Source: the human T2T-CHM13v2.0 reference genome, Homo sapiens
NCBI RefSeq assembly: GCF_009914755.1
Contig: NC_060926.1
Strand: one strand, 5' to 3'
Length of the DNA stretch: 64,000 nt
In this document: positions 14,400 to 28,282 of the stretch, in pieces
How the letters are laid out: every line of letters starts with the position of its first letter
How positions within the stretch are numbered: position 1 is the first letter of the stretch
Notes under the pieces: generated by a model
Told to the model about the DNA's origin: nothing
The model's input: only the letters and a program-made list of their open reading frames with translations
Databases searched by the model: none
Program-made: the position numbers and the translations under genes

Positions 14400-15100
14400 C
14401 TAGAACATGTGAATATTATCATCAGGATAAAAGGAGAATGCCAAGAAAAAAAAGTAAAGCATAAAATGACCCTGAGGGAACAATAGATTGTCAATTAAAA
14501 TAATTTCCCCAGAATATAGAACTAAAAGGAAGAGAGAAATATCTAAATCTGTGAAGTAAATGTAATCCCAGAAATAGGACAGAGAGGAGAGAAAACTATA
14601 GGGAAAGTAAATTTCAGAGTTGAAGAATAGCAATAGTCTTTAGTCTGAAAAAGAACGCTCATATTTAATTAGAATGAACAAATAATTCCACAACTAAACA
14701 CATGGTAGTCATATTCCAAATAGAGTTCGCGAATAACACTTTTTTACCAAATCCTATCTTCAAAGGAAGGAGCGTCAATTTTGTATCAGATTTAAAAACG
14801 AATGGTAGAATACAATGAATCTGTGTTTTCAAATTCTATTGGAATGAAAATATTGAACTCAGAATTCCAAACCCATCAAGTTAATTTCATATCACGTATG
14901 ATATTTTCATATCACATATCACATATCAATATGTCACCACTTAAGAGATGCAAGGGCTCAGATATTTTGACCATGTCCTCTCAGTTTCTGATAAAATTGT
15001 TTGTGGATGTACCCCAGGAAGGGCTTGATATTAAATCAAGAAAGTCATGAAAAGCAAACTGGCAGATAAAAGAATGAATGTAATATAGTAAAGAACAATG
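14400..15100 (+). mobile_element. Very old L1/HAL1-like ORF1 remnant
   Basis: A-rich decayed sequence with L1 ORF1-like motifs; boundaries vague. Confidence 0.4.
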
Positions 15101-15585
15101 AACCCTTACTGTAATGTAATAAAAAAAATAATGCAGATGACATTGGTGTAGCAGGCCATGAGAAAAACTAGTTCACATAGGAATAAGAAGTTAGAAGGCT
15201 TTTGGAGGATGCCTTAGGGAGCAAGCCAAAAGTACTTGCCATGACTGAGAAGCCGAGTATGCTGAAGAAACATTTTTTAATTAGAAAAACTCAAAGCCAA
15301 TTACAAATTAGGAAAAATAAATGTGTAAGAAATACCAAGGTCATTTACCAACACACATGTATATGTATATCTCACAATTACGGTATATATTTTCTTAAAT
15401 ATATGTAATTTAAAATGTACATGTAAAATACAATGTAAATTTATTTTCTTAAATACAATGTAAATTTATTTTCTTAAATACATAACATAATTTTTTATGT
15501 TTCCTTGAAGTCACTCTGCTGCTGCTACTAGGTAGTAAAACTGTCAAATCATTGGAATCAGAGAATCAGAGGAAAATAAATGTGA

Positions 15586-15891
<306 letters not shown>

Positions 15892-16484
15892 AAATGTGAT
15901 ATTCTTACTACATTTTTCACTTCCAAAATTACAATAGTAATAATAATGGCATGATATATAGATTCTAAACTTTTTTTCAATAAATGGAAAACCAAGAAGA
16001 TTTTATCACTTTATAAGTGATGTTAATCTTTACAATGTAAAAGGAATGTATAACTAACAGAAAGTGGAAACAACATAAAATGTGGAAGAGTGGTAGAAAA
16101 AAAGGTAAGAATGCTGACACACCGTGAGGCTGCCTGAACTTGTCTGAACAAGAATGCTTACAAGGAATTGATACTAAAACTAATGTCATAATATGTAAAA
16201 CAGACTCGGAGTGAGGGAAAGGAATAAAGGAGGCATTATGTGTTAATTACCTGTCTTCCACAGCAGGGGACTAGTAAACATTGTCTAAAGTTAATATAGC
16301 TAAAGAAAATTGTGCATAGTATTTAGACTTATGAAAGTATTCACCAAAAAAATCTAGAAACAAATGCTATACAAAGTTCTCTTTGAAGTGGACCTGCAAG
16401 TATGGAGTAATCAGGTAGAATTTAAAAATAGGATAGATTCTTAATTCAACATACAACAAAATGGAAGATGACTTACAGGCCCCG

Positions 16485-16935
16485 CTAATTTTCTAAGACT
16501 GCCATAACAAAGCCCACATTGAGTGGCTTAAAATAACATAAATTTATTGTCTCATAGTGCTGGAGGCTAAAAGTCTAAAATTAAGATGCTGGTAGGATTT
16601 GTTCCTTCTGAGGCTTGCGAGGGAGAATCAGTTCAGTGCTGCTGGTTTTCCAGCAATCTTTGGCATTCCTTGGCTTGGATGCATCACTCAGTGCTCTGCC
16701 ATCACATGGCATTCTCTCCGTGTCTTTTCGATTAGTCTTCTTCTGCCTATGTCTGCCTCTGTGTCCAAATTCCCCCTCTCTATAAGAATACCAGGCATAT
16801 TGGATTCGGGTCCATCCCAATGATTTCATTGTAATCTGTAAAGACCTTCTTTGCAAATAAGATCACTTATGAAGTACTAGGGGGTAAGACTTCATATATC
16901 TTTTTGGGGGGACATAAAAATTCAATCAATAAAAC
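16485..16935 (-). mobile_element. MLT1 (B/C-like) LTR
   Basis: ctgccataacaaag...aaatttattgtctcatagtgctggaggct. Confidence 0.8.
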
Positions 16936-18289
16936 ACGTCGAATTTTAAGTAAAGTATTTAACATAGTGATTTTTCTTATCCAATCTCTTAAATGTCCTT
17001 TTTCACTCCTCAGATTTCACTCTTTTTCCTTATCCTATTATATTCAGATTCCCAAAGGGCCATGCTCTCCTTTGTTCTCCAGGAAATTGTAGCTTTACAC
17101 AGAAAGAAAAAGTTTTTTGGAAGAAGTGCTACCCACTTGTGTTTCCCCTCCCTTCAGTTATTATTGGCTCTCATCAACCATTGAAGACTCTGAGGAAAGT
17201 CTGATAAGAAGTTACAGGTAACTTAAATTCTAGTTCTGACCTGAGAACTACAGTTGATTTTTTTCCATGTTTTACTTGAAAGCCAATGTTTTCTCCAGAT
17301 AAGAATCTAAACCTGTATTTGGAGAAGATGTGCCTTGCTGAGAATGCATTTGATTTTGCCTATTTAAAATAAGTAACTCCTGTTCATTATTCTTACTAAG
17401 TATAAATGTTTCTTTGTCATTCAGAATTTGTGGTGTTATGTTCATTTACATACTTGAATATGTAAAATATTTCTTATGTTGAAAAGGAAAAAGAAAATTT
17501 AAGTCTGCCATACCATGAAATTTAAAACCAGCATGTTTTTTATGTGCACATGTATAGAAAGCATGAAAAAGGAATACCTTGCAAAAAGAACTACATCAGA
17601 AAGGAATCAGTCCAGTCCTGATCTAAAAGACAGAGCATGCCCACAAAGAGGTTTTGGAGTGAGACAGGCAAGGGAAATATGGTCACAATGGTTGAAATCC
17701 AAAACATTTCCTCTTACGGTTAATTATGTGGAATATTATGTTAAAATGTGTCTTACTTCTAAGTGTTAAGGAAGAATTTAGTATTAAACTAAGCAAACTT
17801 TAAAGTGATATAACTTAATTTCAAGAAAAAGTGGTATATCAGAAAGAAAACATAATTTTTAGTTCACTAAGCGGTTAACAGTGAACATTTACATAGTTAC
17901 AATGTTGAAAATACAGAATATAAAAATATTCAAATAATATTTGAATGTTTTTTAATTTGGTTAATTTAGCACTTTCAACTTCAGTTTTATTACTGCTCCT
18001 TTTCTCAATCATTGAGGACTTCCAGGAGAATCTAATATAAGGCTAGAAGTGGTTCCAAGTCTAGTTTGAATCAGACAGACCTGGAGTTGATCTCTTTCTT
18101 AGTTCTCCTTGGAAACTAAAAAATGTATCCATATGTCATGGTCTTTAAAGGAGAGGAAATCAGATGATAAAATCCCAGCTCTCCTGAGTGTGTGATGTAA
18201 GATGCTAAATTCAGAAATCTTTGGCAAAAGAAACAGCAAAGAAATGTAGAGTTGGCTGCCACAAAGAAGTAAGTATAGAGGAGGGTAAG

Positions 18290-19030
18290 GCAAGGTATGA
18301 TATCTCTATTTAAAAAGGAAAAAGATCAAAGAGTTTAGCATGAGCATAGGTAAAGAGATCCAATATATTATTCAAGGAACTGTAATGTGGCAAAACCTGA
18401 CTGCGGAACAAGTATGGAGAAATGGCAGGAAATTAAGCTTGATAATTATATCTACAATGTGTTCTTCAAGCCTACTTGGTGTTTGTGCAGTGTACTAAGA
18501 ATCATGGGGCATTCCTGAAGGATTTTCATTATGGGAAATTGTCAATCACACTTTCACCTTTAAGTGGGATTTTTGTGTGAATATGAATACTGTATATATG
18601 AATACCTTTGTTTTCCATGCGACAGCATAAGAGGTAAGTTTTACCAGAATGTTAGGTGAGGTAAAGAAAAATGGGAGCATATGAGATCTATTTAGGATGT
18701 TGATGTTTTAAAACTGTTTTATTTTATTGAATATTAATTTTGGAGTTTGAAGGAATGGAAAGCACACTATCGGCCTTGATTTGTAATTTATTTCAGAAAT
18801 TCAATTGCAGGCAGACAGTAGATATTTGGTTATAAAAGAACTAGAGCCCAGAATATAGGTATATAAGAGCCTTTACTTCTAGCATACAAATGGAAGTTGA
18901 AGCTGTAAAATTTGGATGAAATCATCTAGGGCCATTGAAGTACAGAGAACAGAGGATCAAAGAGAGCCCTTGGGAATCCCTGACAGTATGAAGAAAAGTC
19001 GGGGCCCCCACAAGGGAGACAGAAAAGGTA
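18290..19030 (-). mobile_element. L2 remnant
   Basis: tggaagttgaagctgtaaaatttggatgaaatcatctaggg...ccttgggaatccctgaca resembles antisense L2. Confidence 0.5.
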
Positions 19031-19039
19031 AGGCTGTAA

Positions 19040-20790
19040 AGTTTCCTAGGTGCTCTGTGGTTTGATTGAGGGGATCTGTGAGTCACACCCTTAATCCCTT
19101 CAAAGAGCCTTTTGTGTGACTGAACACCTTGATATTTTGATTTTTCTGAGATATTAGTAAAATTTAATATAATGCAATCTTGGCTTTTTCTCTGGAGCAT
19201 GCATTCCTGTCAGTAAATCTCTTAATTTTAACATGTTTTATAATTTGGATGGGCTGATAATTTCCCAGACATCTAGCTTTATTTCCTTTCTGTTTAACAA
19301 TACTTTACTTTTTTTTTAAACTATTTAACTATTTTTTCTTTACATTTTACTCTAAACAGAAAGAAGAAACCAGACCACACCTTCAATAGTTTCTTCAGAA
19401 ATTTTCTTAGCTAAGTATGGAAGTTTATCTTTGATAGTTTCTGCTATCCACATAATACAAGATACAATTCTGCTAAGCTTTCTACCACTGTCAAGCAAGT
19501 CTCTCTTCTTCCAATTTCCAATAACATGATTCTCATTTCCTTCTGACCCTCATCAGCAATGTTCTTAAGATTTCAGGCTTTTTCAATGGCCTGTTCATGA
19601 TGATTTATCCATACTCTAAGGTAATTTAGCCTTTCTCTGTTAAGCTTCTCACCTCTAACACTTTAAGAACAGAGACTTTACAAACCATAATTCTGCTAAC
19701 TGTTCAAGGCAATCTAGTTTTTCTTTTTCATTATACTCTACAAATTATTCTAAATTTTTGTAATGTCTGACTGCAAAACCATTCACACATTTTTTTGGCA
19801 ATTGTTACAGCAGCACCTCACTCTTAGTATAAAAATATGTAATCATTTTCTATTACAGTTGTAACAAATTACCACACCCTTGGTGGCATACAAAACACAA
19901 ACTGAGTATTCTACTGTTCTATAGGTAATAAGTACTGACAGATCTCACCAAGCTAAAGTCAAGATGTCCTCAGGACTGTGTTTCTTTTTGGAAGCTGATA
20001 TAGTTTGGATCTTGTTTCTTCTAAATCTCATGCTGAATTGTTATCCCCATTGTGGGAAGTGGGTCCTGGTAAGAGGTAATTGGATCATGGGGGTGGATTT
20101 CTCATGAATGGTTTAGTGTTATCCTCCTGGTGATTTCCTCATGATAGTGAACGAGTTCTTGAGAGATCTGGCTGTTTAAAAGTATGTGGTATCTTCTTCC
20201 TGTCTCTCTTGCTCCTCTTCTTGCCATGTGAGACACCTGCTCCCCTTCCACCCTTCTCAATCATTGTAAGCTTCCTGAGGCCTGCCCAGAAGCCGAGCAG
20301 ATGCCAGAACCCTGCTCCCTGTAAAGCCTGCCAAACTGTGGGCTGTGACCAAAAACTGTGACCCCAAAAAATACCTCTTTTATTTATAAATTACCCAGCC
20401 TCAGGTGTTTCTTTATAGCAATGCAGGAACAGTCTAACACAAAGGTTTTAGAGGAAAATCGTTTCCCTTGTCTTTTCTAGCTCCTGGAGGCAACCCACAT
20501 TATCTTGCTTGTGGCTCGTTCTTCCATCTTCAAAGCCAGCAACATTTGTCTGTCTCTTCTAAACTCACATCACTCTTTGACCAAGCTGGGAAAGGTACTT
20601 CATATTTTAAGGACTCATGTGATTATCTTGGGCTCACCTGGACAATTCAGGATACTGTCCCCACCTCAAAGGTCCTTAACATTAATCACATCTGCAAAGT
20701 GTCTTTTGCCATGTAAAGTGTTCTCAGATTCTGGGAATTAGGGTATAGACATCTTTGGGGGGAAGGAGGCATTATTTTGCCTACCAAAAG
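19040..20790 (-). mobile_element. MLT1 internal fragment plus LTR, interrupted by MSTB
   Basis: Internal/LTR junction gttacagcagcacctcactcttagtataaaaata-tgtaatcattttctatt at ~19836; LTR resumes after 20441. Confidence 0.7.
19996..20441 (+). mobile_element. MSTB-like solo LTR
   Basis: tgatatagtttggatc...ctttatagcaatgcaggaacagtctaacaca. Confidence 0.85.
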
Positions 20791-21024
20791 ATACGACAAG
20801 TGTGATTTCACAGGGAAGATGTCATAAAAAGAAATACTATGCTATAACCACCATACTAGATTTTGTTATATCACATATTAGACTACAATGTTATAATACA
20901 TTATGTATGAATTATCTGTTAATTAAAAATTAATTATTGAGCACATGATGTTTTCTCCCCCATCTTAAAGAGAGAAACCACAACATATACAGTTGCCTAG
21001 TCATTAAGTATCCCCTTTTCCATA

Positions 21025-21325
21025 TTTTATTCTTTTTTTTTTTTGAGACTGAGTCTTGCTCTGTCACCGAGGCTGGAGTACAGTGGCATGACCTTGGCTT
21101 ACTGCAATTTCTGCCTTTCGGGTTCAAGTGATTCTCCTGCCTCAGTGTCCTGAGTAGCTAGGACTACAGGCACACACCACCACACCAGCTAATTTTTGTA
21201 TTTTTAGTAGAGATGCGGTTTCACCATGTTGGCCAGGCTGGTCTCGAACTCCTAACCTCAAGTGATTCACCCACCTCAGCCTCCCAAAGTGCTGGAATTA
21301 CAGGCGTGAGACACCGCGCCTGGCC
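21025..21325 (-). mobile_element. AluS (Sx/Sz-like)
   Basis: Full dimer. Confidence 0.95.
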
Positions 21326-21339
21326 ACACTTCGAACTGA

Positions 21340-22143
21340 TTTTTGCATCTTTTCTTTTCCATCATGAGCATTACTCTGACTACTTATATCATTCTCTTTG
21401 TTATTCACCTACATAAGGCCCTAATCAACTTTCAGCTGTCCTATTATAATGGCTCCAAGAGTGATTCAGTTCCTTTCAATACTATCCCATTGCTATCAGT
21501 TCTTTACACTGCAATCATAGTAAATAGTATAATATCTAAATCTAACACTATTGCTGCTTAAAACTTTTCAGAATCTCCCCATTAACTTAATTATTTTTCA
21601 GGACTTCTTGCGATGTTGTCCAGGCTGGTCTGGAACTCCTGGACTTAAGTGATCCTCCTGCCTTGGCCTTCAAAACTGCAGAGCTTACAGATATGAGCTA
21701 CCGTGCTCTGCCCCCATTGACTTCTCAGCATGTTATGGACCGTCCTCCATAATTTGGTTTCTGATAAGTTTATAATTTTCATTCTACCTTCCAATATCTG
21801 ACCTTGCCCTGTCACATTCTGGTAGATAGCTGTACTGTTCTCTCTCCCTTCTATTGCTTTGCACAAATTACTTTCTTTGTCTAAATTGCTCTCTTATTGA
21901 TGGTTAATTGCTTTTAGTTTCCTTTTTGCTAAGTACATTCTGGATTCAGGACTTGACTCATGCACTCTCATTATTGCCCTGTCTACACCCCTCCAAACAT
22001 GTTTGAATATTGTTCAATAGTATCTGTACCCCTTGAGGTCACAGATCATTGTTGTATTTGTCTTGATGGTGTCCAATGCATACTTTCATATTAAGCAAGT
22101 ATTAGATACTCCATAAATATGTTTAAAGAATGAATGAATGAAT
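21340..22143 (+). mobile_element. L2 3' fragment, interrupted by FLAM
   Basis: Ends ccataaatatgtttaaagaatgaatgaatgaat, the L2 tail. Confidence 0.6.
21590..21712 (-). mobile_element. FLAM (left Alu monomer) with TSD ccccatt(a/g)actt
   Basis: caggctggtctggaactcctggacttaagtgatcctcctgccttggcc. Confidence 0.8.
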
Positions 22144-22611
22144 ATTAAAAAATAATAGAAATAATCTTTTTCAACAAATTTTAACTGTGTTGTATCAACA
22201 AAAACTGGATATATTTAAATTTTTAGAAATAACTTTCCTAAGCATTATCATTTTGACCTCAGTTATTACGCTACTGCAGAGGGAGACTGGTCAATGATTG
22301 TATTCATTGATAAGACCTTAATACAATTTTTGGAGATTGCATAAAAGCACATCTTGACTTCGTTTTTTATCTATAAAATAGAATACAAAATTCAATTGTA
22401 TAATCTCAGCCTATGAGGTATTTACATGTGAATTTCAGGCAGACAAAATGCTATGTAATCTGCCTGATCTTCCAAATAAAGGCATGATAGTTTACCCAAA
22501 CAATGGCATAGGCTTTAAAAGTTAATCTCAAAATAAAAAATGATCTTACTGGGCTCATACCAATTCTGATTACAGAGTATTCCCAGATTATAGGATTGCA
22601 TGTAATATCTA

Positions 22612-22945
22612 TGTATTAGTGCCTTCAGGCTGCCATAACAAAATACCACAAGTTGGGTGGCTTAAAGAATAAAAATTTGTTTCTCACAGTTCTGGAACGT
22701 TGAGAAGTCCAAGATCTAGGTGCCGGCCATTTCAATACTTGGTAAGGGCCCTTTTCCTGTCTTTCAGATGATTGTCTTCTTGCCGCATGCTTAGGTGCCC
22801 TGGAGCATGGGGAGAGGCAAGTTTATAAGTCACCTCTTGTTAAAAGGGCAGCAGCCCTATCAATTAAAGCTCCACACTTATGACCTCACTTAACTTTTGT
22901 CATATCCTCACAGATTCTATCTCTACACTCAGTCATAGCAACCTA
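22612..22945 (-). mobile_element. MLT1A-like LTR
   Basis: tgtattagt...ggctgccataacaaaataccaca...ttctcacagttctgga. Confidence 0.8.
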
Positions 22946-24074
22946 TACATTTATTAAAAATGGGAAAACATCAGAAAATTAGGACAATTTTTTTCAGTAA
23001 TTTCATCTAGATGTGTGAAGTAACTCTTCTAAACTAAAAATAGAGGTTGGTTCATTTTCTATACTATGAGTTATGGGTGTGTGTGGGAGCGAATGGATTG
23101 ACCCTTGATTGCAAAATAAAAGCCCAATTTCCAGGTATATATATAGATTAGAAAGCAATAGATGGTCAGAAGTGTTGACCCAAGAGGGCAATCAAAGAGC
23201 AAGAACAGGATCAAAGAGAAGAATCAGCAAAGCGAAAGAGAAAAAATAGGATTGAGCAGTAGAAATAGGAGCAAGTGCCTAGAAAGATTTTCAGCAGCAA
23301 CTGGACACAGGCAGTGAGAGGCTTTCGTAAATCTGTCAAGTCAGAAGATTGAGGGGAGAAGGCTAGAACAACACTGTTGGCAGGAATTACCAAGTCTCAC
23401 TGGTAATGAAAATTTTCTGGGGAATTAAAAAATATCTAGAGTAAATCCTAGATCCAAAAACCATTGTGGAGACTGCAAAGAAGTAATTGACACTAAGAAA
23501 TAAAAAAAAATACAATTAGTTGTAATAATCAGGCAAATTTCTAGAACTTCTGCCTTTGCCCATTTGCAATTCTATGTTTGATTAAATTATCTTAAATGTA
23601 TATTAAGAAAAGGTAATTTCATTAACTATTTTTCCCATTATTTCTTTAGGTGGGCATACCTTGATCATCGTTTTATAGATAAAGAAAATAATGTAATATA
23701 GTAAAAAATATTGCAAAATTAAAATAATTTACTGCCTTCTTAAAAAAATAAGTATTTGGAGCAGTTATTCTGAATCAATTTCAACAGTTAAAACAAATGG
23801 CTCTTAAAATTATTAAATTCAAACAATTTTCTGATTTTGAAAGCTTCTATTTAAAATCAATGGAAGTATACAAAATTAAAAGTAAAAATTAATAACGAGC
23901 AATGTGAATCTTTCTAAGCTATTCTTATACATATTAAATCGATATTTGCAACATAGTTCCTGATATTAGCTGAAAAACAGTGACGTACCATGATGGGGAA
24001 TAAGTGATATAAAATAAAAAGTAAGTATATGAGTAATCTATATATATATCTATATGTCTATTTATATATCTATA

Positions 24075-24193
24075 GATATATAGATATATATAGATAGATA
24101 TAGATATATAGATATATATAGATAGATATAGATATATAGATATATATAGATAGATATAGATATATAGATATATATAGATAGATATAGATATAT
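24075..24193 (+). repeat. 28-bp minisatellite GATA-GATATA-GATATATA-GATATATATA, ~4.2 copies
   Basis: Parsed directly from the sequence. Confidence 0.95.
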
Positions 24194-25929
24194 CTGATTT
24201 CATGCAAAACTAGAAGGATGAACATCAAGTGTTTAATCTTTAATCTATGTATAAAGGGGCTGTATACAATTCCCTCCAGGGTGTGTATGTGTGTATTTAC
24301 AATCTTCTTTTCTTCCAATTATGGTTTCATTTTGCTCTCGGTTAAGACATGAAGAGAACTATGGGAAAAAAACCACAAAACTTTATGCTTGCAGATCAAT
24401 GCACAGGAGAAAGGCCTGAGGAATGTTACAGAATTAAAAGAAAATAAATGTGGAAGAAAAGGAGAGAGTAAGGAGAAAACAAAAGGAAAAGGAAAAATTA
24501 TGAGCAGCTCTTGTAGAAAACGTCTTTTGTTGGAATGCTAAGAAGTGAGCACTTATAGACCTCTTGTGTGTTTTAGGTACAATGTCCTCTTCACTACCTC
24601 ATTAAGACATCATCCAAAAAGATATACTATTTTTGAAGGGTCGAGGTCATTTATTTTATTCTTTGCATGTGATTCAAAATAGCCCTCTTTTTGTTTTCAG
24701 CATTTAAATAAGTTCAGGGACCTTACAACTATTCTGCCTTGGAATCACATTTAACAGCCCTTAGAAACTCTTGAACACGCTATTGGTGCTCTGCTAAGAG
24801 AAATCAGGTGCCCTGAATTGATTAGAGATCCTTTTTAGAGGTGCCTTTCAGACACATTAGTTACACATCAAAGACAATGCTTTACCTATTCAAAAAGTGA
24901 AGTATCTTTATGAAGCCATTCAAACTCCAAAATTCTTAGTATACAAAAGGCTGTGAGAGTCTTATTGAGAACAATATGCCAGTAACTCTAATTGCCTGAA
25001 AAATTAGGTGTCTGATTTGTATTAATTTTGTACCAGGTCAGAATAGTATTTTTTCTATAAAAGATTACAATCTAAGACAGATATCTGAGTGACCTACCAT
25101 GTAAACAAGCTGAAAAGACATGAACCAGGATAATTTCATGATTAGTAAACACAAAGGAACTATCTTCTTGTTTGATGGAGTGAGCTATTCATCTAGAGAG
25201 GGCTGAGCTGTGTAATCAGAAATTGGAGGCTGGTAATGGAGGTCAGAAAGGTTTTCCACCTTGAAGTGAGAACCGGAATGGATTTCCACTTTTGAAGATA
25301 GAAAAGTTTTTTAGGAATAGATTTCAGAAGATGAACAGAGACTTAAAAACAGCTGAGGTCATAGAAAAAGAGGATATGTAGAAAATATTCTTCCACAAGT
25401 GACACAATATTCTAAGCATGGTAATTATAAATGATAGATTTGACTTATGAGAGAATATTAATAAATATCATATTTACATTAATTTTTTGTTACTATGATT
25501 AATATGAAAGAAAAAGTCATTTAATACCAGTTTAATACTAAAACAAATTATTGAAATTCCTAAATAATATAATATTAGCAACTTCTTTAACTCCTGAGGC
25601 TTTAAAGTCAACACATTGAAACATTTAATAACTCCAGTGTTTGTATTCTATCATACCTCTGAGAAGCTGACAACTACCTGAAGCCCTCTGCATACTTTGA
25701 AATGTCAGACCACTATGCCTGATGGTTCATCATTTTTATTCATTTACTTTTTCCTGCTAAATGCCAGCATTTATCTTGGAACCTTGCTAGGTGAGAAGCA
25801 AACTGTCTGTATCTTTAGGGTTCTGTCTGAAATAGCCCCAAACTGGCTAACTCCTCCATGAAACACTGGCTGCCAGTATCTGAAACCCCCTCACTCTTCA
25901 ATCTCCTGCACCCCAGCAATTTACACCTA

Positions 25930-26420
25930 TGTCAGGGATGTCCTTACTCATTGCAGGGGATGTGGGTCACTTGAAAACTCTCAGCCTCTTTCAAAATAGT
26001 CTCTCTGCATTTGGGGTTTTACTATTCAAAGGTAGAAGCCAAAAAAAAAAAAAATCCCTTTACCAGGCTACCCTCCATCTAAGAAGGCAGGTTTAGCCAA
26101 TCAGGCAGAGTATCCAAGACTCAGACTCAGGAAAAAAACAAAGTGAGGAGCAAGCCACATGCAGGGGCATCAGTCTTCTGGCCATTGCAGCACCAGAACA
26201 GAGATGTGTGTTTCTTCAGGGCAGCACTGGAAGAGGTTCTGGTATCTTCTGCCAAACAGTAGCATTTGGTTAGAGCAGTCCCTGAGGCATGGTTGGTTAC
26301 TGTTTCTGCAGAAACAGCTTCAGGGCCTGATTCTCTTGCCCTTTAGAATGGTAGTTAATATCCCCCAATAAATTACTTTTCTGTATCTAAATAATAAACA
26401 TGACAGAAAAGTTGCCAAAA
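25930..26420 (+). mobile_element. Old ERVL LTR (LTR33-like)
   Basis: tttagccaatcag...ggcctgattctcttgccc...cccaataaattacttttctg. Confidence 0.5.
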
Positions 26421-26440
26421 ATTTTATTTCTCTCTCCCTC

Positions 26441-26818
26441 TGATATGGTTTGACTCTGTGTCCCCACCCACATCTCATCTCAAATTGTAATCCCCACATG
26501 TCAAGGGAGGAAGCTGGTGGGAAGTGATTGGTTCCTGGGGGCCGTTTACCCCATGCTGTTCTCGTGATAGTGAGGGAGTTCTCATGAGGAGCATGAGAAG
26601 TGATAGTTTTAAAAGTGTGGCACTCACCCTGTCTAGCTCTCTTTTTCCTGTCGCCTTGTGAAGAAGGTGCCTGCTCCCCCTTTGCCTTCCACCATGATTG
26701 TAAGTTTCCCGAGGTCTCCACAGCCACGTGGAAGTGTGAGTCAATTAAATCTCTTTTGTTTGTAAATTACCCAGCTGCATGTAGTAACTTAATAGCAATG
26801 TGAAGATGAACTAATACA
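26441..26818 (+). mobile_element. THE1D-like solo LTR with 5-bp TSD CCCTC
   Basis: tgatatggtttgactctgtgtcccc...gatgaactaataca; CCCTC at 26436-26440 and 26819-26823. Confidence 0.92.
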
Positions 26819-27799
26819 CCCTCATTACATGAATATTATATAGAATTAAACTATTCTTTACATACACACATCCGTGTATATATTTGACACATTTTATTCA
26901 AATATAAAAGAATATGTTATCTTTTATTAACACAAAATAATGAAATCATTTATTCTATGGGCTTGTGATTTTTATTTTAAATATGTTTCCCTTTTGTAGG
27001 TTTGCACCTCTTAAAAATGACTTAATCCCTAATATAGAGAATTTTATATATATATATATATATATATTTAGTAGGCAAGAGAAATGAGATATTATTGTAA
27101 CATGACTTTATGAAGTAATTGTTATTGTCTCAAGAGTTAGAGGACAGTGTAAAATAGTGGAAAACTCATTAGATTTGGTACTAAATTAATATAAGAACTT
27201 CAGGTTTTTTCACTTACTGGGTACATTATGTAAATAATATCTTCCTAATTGGTAAAATTGTGGAAGCTTTTTCCTTTATTACCTAAATTTCATGGCTATT
27301 GTAATGATTCAGTTAAGAATATACATTGGAAATATGCTATGTAAATTGTAAACTGATTCAAAAATCGAGATTATTAATGTAAAAATGTACATTGATTATA
27401 TTGCTGATACTGTCTTATCAGTTACACTGAAAATATTCTATTTTAAATTTCTTGTTGGGGGTCCCTGGTTTGTCTGTTGTCAAATGGATACTACCGGTTC
27501 CTATTATAGATTCTCTCTCTATTACTTAGAAAATGTAGAAGCTACACTTTCCAAAATTGCCTTACTTGCATGACCCTGGCTTAGAAGTCCAGTGAGAGAA
27601 AATGTGTACAATTTTGGAAGGTAAAGAAAGAAATTCTGGTTTTTTTCCTAGAGACATATACAGCCTAGGTGTAGGCAGATGTGAAATGAACAGTTGCTTC
27701 CTAATGATATCCTGAGAATTAGTCATTTCACTGGTGCAAATTGAAGCAGTTGGTGGTTGCTTTTCAAAGACTCTTCAAAATTGTAGCAAACAGCTTTGC

Positions 27800-28282
27800 C
27801 AGTGATAACACTGGTATGATGTACTGACAAGAGTACAACACTGCTTCTGTGGCATTCTGGCCAACCATGCATTACCTGAGTATAATCATGAGTAAAAATC
27901 AGGCAATCATAAATTAACAGACATTCTGCCAATGCTTTTTAAAACTGCCAATGACTCAAAGACAAAGGAAAAAGAATCTGAAGATATGTAATGAGTGGAG
28001 GAGATTGAGGAGACATGGCAACACTAATGTGATGTGGAAACTTGGAATAGACTCTGGATTAGAAAATAAAAAGCATTAGTGAGAAACTGGTAAAATTTGA
28101 ATAAAATCTATAGATTAGTAGTACTGTGTCAGTGTTAATTTCCTTGTTTTAATAATTATACAATGGTTATGCAAAATGTTAACATTAGTAGAAGCTGTGA
28201 GAAGGAATTCTGTACTATTGGTATTATTTTTATAACTTTTCTGTAAGTCTAAACTTATTCCAAAATAAAATGATAAAAAAAT
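27800..28282 (+). mobile_element. L1MC-type 3' end
   Basis: ...ttttctgtaagtctaaacttattccaaaataaaa terminus. Confidence 0.7.

Noticed and set aside
23934-24318. Ile/Tyr-rich ORFs
   Set aside because: Translation of the GATATA minisatellite.
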